Assembly: GCA_003551425.1 (NCBI GenBank) | Contig: PUMP01000059.1 | Coordinates: forward strand, 1,369-65,368 | DNA: 64,000 bases | DNA from: Candidatus Nealsonbacteria bacterium | Lineage (GTDB): Bacteria; Patescibacteriota; Minisyncoccia; Minisyncoccales; PWPS01 | Direction: 5' to 3' | Part shown: in pieces, positions 57,943 to 64,000 of the stretch | How the letters are laid out: every line of letters starts with the position of its first letter | How positions within the stretch are numbered: the stretch's first letter is position 1 | The notes under the pieces: generated by a model | The model's input: the letters and a program-made list of their open reading frames with translations, nothing else | Database searches by the model: none | What the model was told of the DNA's origin: nothing | Position numbers and translations under genes: made by a program

Positions 57943-58745
57943 TGCGTCTTTTCTTAGTAGAGCTTTTTCTTTTTTCGGTCACTTTACTCTTAGGAATTTT
58001 AGTTTCTTTTCGGCTTGATAAAGCTCTTGTGGTAGAAGGATCTGTCGCTCCGATGGGAGCGATTTTTTTATACTTTATACTGGCAACTCTATTTATTCTT
58101 TTTTTTATAAAGAAAGGAGGAGAAAGAAAAACTTTTTTCTTTCGTTTAGCATTTTATCTGGCTGTCTTTTTTGGAGGACTAATTACACTTTCTAGCTTTT
58201 TAGAAAATTATGCTTTTATTTTTCTCTTCCTCCTTCTTTTTATTTTTACCGTTAAGCCGATTATTTTAGTACACAATATTTGTATTATTATCGGCATTTC
58301 CGGGGTAGGCGCGATGGCCGGTCTTTCTTTCTTACCGCAACAGATTGCAATATTTATGGTTTTGCTCTCTTTTTATGATGTGATTGCGGTATACAAGACA
58401 AAACACATGATAAAAATGGCCAAAGAAATGATTGCTGCACGTTCTTTAATGGGGATGATTATCCCTTTTCATTTACGGGACTTTCTTTCAACAAGCAAGA
58501 AATTTTTTATTTTAGGAGGAGGAGACGTTATGATTCCGCTTATTTTTGCTGTTTCTTTTGTCCCTCAAAATAGTGTTTATCCTTTTGTTATTTTTCTTTT
58601 TTCAATTCTTGGTCTTTTCTTCTCTTTTCTTATTTTTATATCACTCTCACGTCCTATTCCCGCGTTACCCCCGATAGTACTTTTCCTTCTTTTGGGATAT
58701 CTTTTTATTGAGCTTCAGGTTCTTTATCATATAGGTATCCTTTAG
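57942..58745 (+). CDS. Presenilin/signal-peptide-peptidase-like GxGD intramembrane aspartyl protease (A22 family)
   Basis: About 8-9 TM helices. The three signature motifs occur in the correct order: 'SFYDVIAVY' (YD), 'ILGGGDVMIP' (GxGD) and 'PIPALPPIV' (PAL). Confidence 0.6.
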   Translation: MRLFLVELFLFSVTLLLGILVSFRLDKALVVEGSVAPMGAIFLYFILATLFILFFIKKGGERKTFFFRLAFYLAVFFGGLITLSSFLENYAFIFLFLLLFIFTVKPIILVHNICIIIGISGVGAMAGLSFLPQQIAIFMVLLSFYDVIAVYKTKHMIKMAKEMIAARSLMGMIIPFHLRDFLSTSKKFFILGGGDVMIPLIFAVSFVPQNSVYPFVIFLFSILGLFFSFLIFISLSRPIPALPPIVLFLLLGYLFIELQVLYHIGIL

Positions 58746-60260
58746 GCGATATCCGGATTTTCTCCAGTAATCTCTTGCGCCAATTCCGGAGATTACCGTA
58801 ATGCGGTCTTTTTTGAATTCATCTTTTACTATTTTTTCTGCTCTTTTGATTAACTTTTTGCCGAGCCCTTTATGCTGAGGAGATGCTGCACCTTTATTCT
58901 TTATTAAGAGTTGTTGCCCGTAAGTGTGTATTTCTCTTATAACCCCTGAGCTTTTTAGTACCGAAAAAACTGAATCTTCTACCTTTCTTAATCTTAATAT
59001 AGCAAAAAGCTTATTTCTGCTATCGTTTTCTATGCTGAGAAAAACCTCTTTTCCTTCTGACGCAAAATAATCTTCTCGGAAAATCTTTAGTTTCTCTTTC
59101 GGATTATATTCTCCCCTTACTTCTCTGCAACGGATACACTTACATCTCCAATTTTCTTTTTCGGCTTCTTTTATAATATTTTCCCTTAAGTTAGATATTT
59201 TTGAGCCTGCAATGATACTTTGTGAAGGAATGTCCCGAAAAAGCCTTTGTATTCTCACATAGCGCGGAATAAATTCTCTTTTTATCTTTTTGATTATCCC
59301 TACAAGTTCTTTATTAGTAAAAGCACGGTATTCCCCTTTTTGCCAAAGAGAGTATAGGGGAGCTTCTTTTAACACGGCGCAAGGGTATATCTTTAAAAAA
59401 TCAGGGCGAAAAGATGAGTCTTCAAAGAGTTGTCGGAAGGTTTCAACGTCTTTTTTTACGCTACTTTGTGGAAGGTTGAGCATTACTTGATGACAAACCT
59501 TAAAACCGGTGTCTTTTAAAAGTTTTGTTGCTTTTTTTGTGTCTTCCACTTTGTGCCCTCTTTGATTGAAATCTAATACGTCATCAAAAAGTGACTGAAT
59601 GCCAAGCTCAACCATGGTAACTCCCATGGAGCGCATCCTTTCAATCTCTTCTTTGGTGATAAAATCGGGCCTAGTCTCTACGGAAAGACAGATAATACGA
59701 TGCTTTGCTTTCTCGTTTCTTTTTTGGGCTTCTGCTAGGTTTTTGCTGTTTCTTCTATTGCACGCGTCAAAGCATTTTTTGATAAAGCTTTCTTGGTATT
59801 TTTTAGGATAAAAAGACCACGTTCCTCCTATAACCCTTAATTCTATTTTATCCGTAGGATGCCCTGTCTTTTGTAAAGACGAGATCCTTGTTTTTACTTG
59901 TTCTTGAGGGTTATAACTATTTCTTACCGCACGCATTACGGCCGGCTCGTTCTGGAGATAGCTTTTCGGTACTCCTTCCTGAAACGGGCAGTAAAGACAT
60001 CTCCCTGGACAAGGAAAGGGCTTGGTAAGAACAGATATGTTTACTACTCCGGACAGGGAGCGAACGGGCCTTGTTCTCAGCAAAGAAACCACTCGTTCGT
60101 CTCTTTTTTTATTTTTATGATAAACTTGAAGAAGGTCCGTATTGGTAGGAAAAGAGGCTTTATGCTTTTTGGCCACTTCTCTTTTTATCCGGTTTAGATC
60201 CTTTATATTGGTCGCCTCTTCTTCAATTATTTTTTTAATTATTTCTTTTTCGATGCTCAT
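58665..60260 (-). CDS. elp3: Elp3-family radical-SAM / GNAT tRNA U34 cm5-modification enzyme
   Basis: Radical SAM 'CPGRCLYCP' (CxxxCxxC), 'RVIGGTWSFYP', 'ETRPD' and a C-terminal GNAT 'HKGLGKKLIKRAEKI'. It is 531 aa, like archaeal and Dehalococcoides Elp3. Confidence 0.8.
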   Translation of the reverse strand: MSIEKEIIKKIIEEEATNIKDLNRIKREVAKKHKASFPTNTDLLQVYHKNKKRDERVVSLLRTRPVRSLSGVVNISVLTKPFPCPGRCLYCPFQEGVPKSYLQNEPAVMRAVRNSYNPQEQVKTRISSLQKTGHPTDKIELRVIGGTWSFYPKKYQESFIKKCFDACNRRNSKNLAEAQKRNEKAKHRIICLSVETRPDFITKEEIERMRSMGVTMVELGIQSLFDDVLDFNQRGHKVEDTKKATKLLKDTGFKVCHQVMLNLPQSSVKKDVETFRQLFEDSSFRPDFLKIYPCAVLKEAPLYSLWQKGEYRAFTNKELVGIIKKIKREFIPRYVRIQRLFRDIPSQSIIAGSKISNLRENIIKEAEKENWRCKCIRCREVRGEYNPKEKLKIFREDYFASEGKEVFLSIENDSRNKLFAILRLRKVEDSVFSVLKSSGVIREIHTYGQQLLIKNKGAASPQHKGLGKKLIKRAEKIVKDEFKKDRITVISGIGARDYWRKSGYRLKDTYMIKNLKLNKKISQKKEKYYRG

Positions 60261-60920
60261 ATGAAAAAAAAGGAAGCAAAATTTTTAATGGAAAGGCTGC
60301 GGGAAGATTATAACTCTTTAGCCCCTTCTTTTTCAAGGACTCGCGATTCTCTGTGGCCGGAACTAAAGTTCCTTTTTGATCGTGCGCGGTCGGGAGAAAA
60401 AGTACTGGACTTGGGTTGCGGAAATGGGCGTTTTTCTCAGTATCTTGAAGAAAGCGATTATGTAGGAGTTGACTTTTCGGATAAGATGATTGAGGAAGCG
60501 AAAGCACGTTTCCCGAAAGAAAAGTTCTTAGTGGCCGATGCTCTTTCTCTTCCCTTTTCTGAAAACTCTTTTCATAAAGTGTACAGCATTGCTCTTATTC
60601 ATCACGTGCCTTGTGATGATTACAGGTTACAAGTTTTCAAGGAGATTAAAAGAGTTCTAAAGCCGGGAGGTTATACTTTTATTACTGCTTGGAATATAGA
60701 AAAGGGATTTCTTTTTTATTTAAAAAATATTTTTTGCAAACCTTTTGGCGCTCGTGATACTTTTTTAAAAAGGGAGAAATATTATTATATTTTTCGCAAA
60801 GAAGAGCTTTCTTTGCTGGCAACAAAGGCAGGCTTTAAAGTAATGGAAGAGGGTGTTGTAAAAACTAAAGGTAGAAATAATTTTTATCTTATTGCTTTTA
60901 AAGAAAATTCTTCTGTTTGA
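60261..60920 (+). CDS. Trm9/ALKBH8-like class I SAM methyltransferase
   Basis: 'DYNSLAPSFSRTRDSLWPELKFLF' compares with yeast Trm9 'VYNEIAPHFSQTRYKPWPIVTQFL' (recalled from memory). Also 'VLDLGCGNGRF', 'SIALIHHV' and 'YYYIFRKEEL'. Confidence 0.6.
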   Translation: MKKKEAKFLMERLREDYNSLAPSFSRTRDSLWPELKFLFDRARSGEKVLDLGCGNGRFSQYLEESDYVGVDFSDKMIEEAKARFPKEKFLVADALSLPFSENSFHKVYSIALIHHVPCDDYRLQVFKEIKRVLKPGGYTFITAWNIEKGFLFYLKNIFCKPFGARDTFLKREKYYYIFRKEELSLLATKAGFKVMEEGVVKTKGRNNFYLIAFKENSSV

Positions 60921-60976
60921 CAAAAATAATTGTTTGTGTTATTAGGTAATAAACTTACTACAAAGGAGGGTTTGTC

Positions 60977-61147
60977 ATGGACCCCGTATCGGTGATTGTG
61001 AATTTTAAAAAGGATCACCCGGACAAAGCAAAAGCTTGGGAGGAAGTACTTGAAGACCTGTCAAAAGAAAAACTGGAGGCGATACTTAAAGCTCCCGAAT
61101 GGGAGTTCCGGGCAATTGCCAACATCTTAAAAGGTGTGGCGAAATAA
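60977..61147 (+). CDS. Small hypothetical protein (56 aa; below the ORF-track cutoff)
   Basis: A strong RBS (AAGGAGGG, 6-nt spacer), then MDPVSVIVNFKKDHPDKAKAWEEVLEDLSKEKLEAILKAPEWEFRAIANILKGVAK*, followed by a clean terminator. Confidence 0.5.
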   Translation: MDPVSVIVNFKKDHPDKAKAWEEVLEDLSKEKLEAILKAPEWEFRAIANILKGVAK

Positions 61148-61164
61148 GAAAAAAAATAAATAAA

Positions 61165-61192
61165 AAGGCGGATAGTTCCGCCTTATTTTTTT
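61165..61192 (+). terminator. Rho-independent terminator (AAGGCGGA-tagt-TCCGCCTT + T8)
   Basis: A perfect 8-bp stem followed by ATTTTTTT, directly after the 56-aa ORF. Confidence 0.7.
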
Positions 61193-61200
61193 AGTTATTA

Positions 61201-61228
61201 TTGACAAAATGGTTTAAAAATGTAAGAT
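61201..61228 (+). promoter_or_regulatory. Candidate promoter (TTGACA-16-TAAGAT) giving a ~165-nt greA leader
   Basis: Exact -35 at 61201..61206 and -10 at 61223..61228. greA starts at 61397. Confidence 0.45.
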
Positions 61229-61396
61229 GAAACTATGACGGAAAAAGCCAAAAAAGACGGATTGCTTCTAATGTGCTGTAGTGCACATGGCATTATTTCC
61301 GTTACCTTTTTTAGTACTAATTTCGGGGAGAGTTAGGAAAAATTTAAAACAACATAGAATCAAATCTCCCCCGCTACAAGGGGATTATTTAATTAT

Positions 61397-61861
61397 ATGG
61401 GAGACAAAAAATATTATTTAACCAAAGAAGGGCTGGAAAAGATTAAAAAAGATCATGAAAGCTTGCGAGAAGAAAGAAAAAGAAAATTAAAAGAGGAAAC
61501 TCCGGATGTTTTTCATTCCGAAGACATTAATCCGGAATATCTCTCTTTCCAAAAAGAGTTAAATCTTCTAGAATCGAAAATATCTAAACTGGAAGAAGTT
61601 TTGCATAGTGCGGAGATAATTAAGCCTCCTCGAAAAGACTCTAAAGAAGTGCAGCTTGGCGCTACCGTAACCGTTCAAGTAGGAAAAAGGGTGGACGAAT
61701 TTGTTTTAGTTGGTACAATGGAAGCGGATCCTTCTTACGGAAAAATTTCCAACGAGTCACCTGTGGGATGTGCTCTTTTAGGGCGCAAAGAAGGAGAGGA
61801 AGTAACAGTTTCTTCGAAGGTAGGAGTTGTTTATAAGATTAAAAAGGTTAGTTATAAATGA
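61397..61861 (+). CDS. greA: Transcription elongation factor GreA
   Basis: 'YYLTKEGLEKIK.....RE' coiled-coil N-terminus and a C-terminal domain 'V.LGATVTV........F.LVG..EADP..GKISNESPVG.ALLG...GEEV'. Confidence 0.85.
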   Translation: MGDKKYYLTKEGLEKIKKDHESLREERKRKLKEETPDVFHSEDINPEYLSFQKELNLLESKISKLEEVLHSAEIIKPPRKDSKEVQLGATVTVQVGKRVDEFVLVGTMEADPSYGKISNESPVGCALLGRKEGEEVTVSSKVGVVYKIKKVSYK

Positions 61862-62493
61862 AGGAAGTATTTAATTTTTTGGTTAATATAGGAAAACTCA
61901 AGGGAAGAGAAAGAAGGGGGTGGGTTTTTCACAAAATTAAGAACGCAGAAACAACAGCGGAACACTCATTTCACATTGCTTTCCTGGTTTGGGTTATAGG
62001 AAAGAAGAAGAAAAATATTGACATGGAAAGGGCAATAAAAATGGCGCTTGCACATGATATATGTGAGGTTTACTCTCCGGATTTTACTTCTTATGATGCG
62101 GTAGCAATTGACGAAAATAAAGAAATTACGAAAGAAAATTTTAAAGAATTACGCCCCAAGAAAGGAAGACCTATATTCAAGCAAAGAGCGAAAATGGAAA
62201 AAATAAAGAAAGAGTTGGAGGAGGAAGGAATGGGAGAGCTTTTAAAAAGCCTCGATAAAGAATTGAAGGAAGAGCTTTATGATATCTGGAAAGAATACGA
62301 AGTGGGGGAAACATTAGAAAGTAGACTTGTTAGGCAAGCAGATAAAGTCATTAACCTTTTTCAGGGGATGGAGTATCACAAAAAGCAAAAAGACATAGAG
62401 TATGATCTTTGGATACAAAGAGCGAAAGAGACTATTGATGATCCTCATTTATTAGAACTCTTAAAAGAAATAGAGGAAGATATTGAGATATAA
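61858..62493 (+). CDS. HD-domain phosphohydrolase (YfbR-like 5'-nucleotidase family)
   Basis: 'RERRGW......NAETTAEHSFHIA' and 'ALAHDICEV', with a late 'RQADK'. Confidence 0.65.
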   Translation: MKEVFNFLVNIGKLKGRERRGWVFHKIKNAETTAEHSFHIAFLVWVIGKKKKNIDMERAIKMALAHDICEVYSPDFTSYDAVAIDENKEITKENFKELRPKKGRPIFKQRAKMEKIKKELEEEGMGELLKSLDKELKEELYDIWKEYEVGETLESRLVRQADKVINLFQGMEYHKKQKDIEYDLWIQRAKETIDDPHLLELLKEIEEDIEI

Positions 62494-62498
62494 GTTTT

Positions 62499-63116
62499 AT
62501 GTTAAAACCGAACAACTTAATTGTTAAACTTATAGGGATCAATTTTTTTGTTAATGCGGGATGGGGGCTTATTGCTCCCATTTTTGCAATTTATGTTACC
62601 GAGCAGGTACAAGGAGGATCAATAGAGATGGTCGGTTTTGCGGTAGGAATACACTGGATTGTAAAATCTGCAATCCAGCCTTTTGTTGCTTATAAAATGG
62701 ATGTAGTAAAGGGAGAGTATGATGATATTGCTTTTCTTATGTGGGGAATGGTTATTTTTTCTTTTATCGCCATCTTGTATGTTTTTGTTACGGATATGTG
62801 GCAAATATTTATTTTAGAAACGATAAGAGGGATGGCGCTTGCCCTGGTCTTTCCCGCTTGGAGCGGAATCTTTACCCGTCATATTGACAGGGAGTGGGAA
62901 GCATATACTTGGAGCCTGACTAGTACGGGGATGGGATTTGCCGTGGGATTTGCCGCTGCTTTTGGAGGTATAATAGCTTCGCTTATCGGTTTTAATATGG
63001 TATTTGTTTTCGTTTCTTTGATGGGAGTTATCTCTACCATTCTCATCTATATAGTAAAAAAAGACCCCTGGATTTATGGGGTCAAAAAAGAAGGAAACGT
63101 TATTAAAGAGAGTTGA
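62499..63116 (+). CDS. Half-size MFS-like membrane protein (205 aa, ~6 TM)
   Basis: Six hydrophobic helices resembling an MFS N-terminal half. The second six-helix bundle is absent. The 3' end overlaps rplT by 14 nt. Confidence 0.45.
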   Translation: MLKPNNLIVKLIGINFFVNAGWGLIAPIFAIYVTEQVQGGSIEMVGFAVGIHWIVKSAIQPFVAYKMDVVKGEYDDIAFLMWGMVIFSFIAILYVFVTDMWQIFILETIRGMALALVFPAWSGIFTRHIDREWEAYTWSLTSTGMGFAVGFAAAFGGIIASLIGFNMVFVFVSLMGVISTILIYIVKKDPWIYGVKKEGNVIKES

Positions 63117-63453
63117 TTTTTTCTATAATACGAGAAAAGGTTTCCGGTCTTTTCTCCGCTATTTGAGCAAGAACTTTTCTATCAAGTGCAATATTCTTAT
63201 CGTGAAGGTTTTTTATAAAAGCGCTGTAAGTTGTATTGTTTTTTCTGCAAGCTGCATTTATTTTATTGTTCCAGAGTTTTCTCATTTCTCTCTTTTTAGT
63301 TCTTCTGTCTCTGTAAGAATAACTCCAAGCCTTCATTAGTGCTTCTTTTGCTGCTTTGAACTTAGACTTTCTTCCCCAACGAAAACCTTTTGTGTGCTTT
63401 AAAAGGTTTTTTCTTTTTTTATGGGCAGTTTTACCTCTTTTTATGCGTGACAT
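63103..63453 (-). CDS. rplT: 50S ribosomal protein L20
   Basis: 'MSRIKRGKTAHKKRKNLLKHTKGFRWGRK' and 'AW.YSYRDRR.KKREMRKLW..KINAA'. Confidence 0.92.
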   Translation of the reverse strand: MSRIKRGKTAHKKRKNLLKHTKGFRWGRKSKFKAAKEALMKAWSYSYRDRRTKKREMRKLWNNKINAACRKNNTTYSAFIKNLHDKNIALDRKVLAQIAEKRPETFSRIIEKINSL

Positions 63454-63455
63454 GC

Positions 63456-63647
63456 TTATCTTTTTAAAAGCTTTTTAATTTTTTTTGTTTCTTCTTTACT
63501 CATTTCTACCAAGCGTCGCAATCTGCGTCTTTTATCTCCAGTGCTTTTTGCACGGTAATGCATTTGCCCCGTAGCACGACGCATTACTTTTCCGTTTTTA
63601 GTAATTTTAAACCTTTTTATTATTGATTTTCTTGTTTTTGCCTTCAT
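63456..63647 (-). CDS. rpmI: 50S ribosomal protein L35
   Basis: 'MKAKTRKSIIKRFKITKNGKVMRR..GQMH', located between infC and rplT. Confidence 0.9.
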   Translation of the reverse strand: MKAKTRKSIIKRFKITKNGKVMRRATGQMHYRAKSTGDKRRRLRRLVEMSKEETKKIKKLLKR

Positions 63648-64000
63648 TTTTTTGTAAAGGTGACTGTTATTCCGCGAGGTTCTTTACTAATATCTTTTTC
63701 TATCTTTATCTCTCTTTTCCCTTGAATCATTTCCAGGAATTTTTTTACCTTTTCTCTTCCTACATCTTCTAAAGCTTTTTGTCTTCCTTTTAGGGGGAGA
63801 ATAACTCTTACGGCTTCACCTTCGTTTAAAAATTTTTCCGCTGATTTTACCCTTATCTCCATATCATGATCGGAGATGGAAAAGCCCAGTCTTATTGATT
63901 TGATTTGTGACTTTTTTTCTTTATCTTGTTTCTTTTTCTTTTTCTTCTCTTTGTAAGAGTATTTTCCGTAATCAATTATTTTGCATACGGGAGGAGTTAC
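63644..64000 (-). CDS. infC: Translation initiation factor IF-3 (N-terminus lies beyond the window end)
   Basis: The frame is open from 64000. The upstream translation is 'VTPPVCKIIDYGKYSYKEKKKKKKQDKEKK..IKSIRLGFSISDHDMEIRVKSAEKFLNEG..VRV', and the gene belongs to the infC-rpmI-rplT operon. Confidence 0.85.
   Translation of the reverse strand, partial: VTPPVCKIIDYGKYSYKEKKKKKKQDKEKKSQIKSIRLGFSISDHDMEIRVKSAEKFLNEGEAVRVILPLKGRQKALEDVGREKVKKFLEMIQGKREIKIEKDISKEPRGITVTFTKK

Noticed and set aside
58665-58745. The 81-nt convergent overlap of the presenilin-like gene and elp3, as a sign of a mis-assembled junction or an antisense regulatory element.
   Set aside because: Both reading frames carry family-typical sequence up to their ends (PAL motif plus final TM helix; GNAT C-terminus). 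Convergent overlaps are common elsewhere in this compact window (8818..8834, 11922..11925, 16377..16380). It is noted but not treated as a separate feature.
61235-61336. 33-codon ORF (MTEKAKKDGLLLMCCSAHGIISVTFFSTNFGES) as a bona fide gene or bacteriocin-like peptide.
   Set aside because: It has no RBS, no recognisable leader or core motif, and no adjacent modification or export genes. I kept it only as part of the greA-leader finding.

Overview
The window reads as the origin-proximal region of a small, AT-rich, tightly packed bacterial genome. The gene content looks like Candidate Phyla Radiation / Patescibacteria (Parcubacteria-like): a short IF-2, 'LVPCG'-type pilin-like proteins, a lamin-tail-domain protein, a stand-alone 5'-3' exonuclease and several archaeal/eukaryote-type enzymes. 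That taxonomic call is inference. The standard genetic code applies, with TGA used as a stop. The core is a classical dnaN-dnaA | rpmH-rnpA-yidC-jag origin cluster with DnaA-box-like sequences. Around it sit 14 tRNA genes in six small clusters and many housekeeping genes: infB, ruvABC, tyrS, a PBP1A-type protein, rsmA, pnp, rpsO, cca, nusA, clpP, rny, mutM, holA, rtcB, greA and rplT-rpmI-infC. Three regions stand out. (1) At 16.4-28.6 kb, directly after jag, is a Gram-positive-style type IV secretion-like locus. It has a PrgI/VirB3-like protein, a VirB4 encoded as two ORFs, a large polytopic membrane protein, and chimeric secreted proteins that fuse an M23 peptidase or Cys/Trp-rich domains to pilin-like membrane modules. 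No relaxase or coupling protein is visible. (2) At 30.5-37.4 kb are two tandem giant Glu/Lys-rich coiled-coil paralogs. They carry a recurring W-x13-W motif and lie in a tight operon with pnp, a membrane protein and a DksA/TraR zinc finger. (3) At 43-61 kb are scattered archaeal/eukaryote-type functions: a proteasome-beta-like Ntn hydrolase, a presenilin/SPP-type GxGD protease, and a divergent Elp3 / Trm9-like pair alongside RtcB. All calls rest on motif reading by eye; no database search was run.
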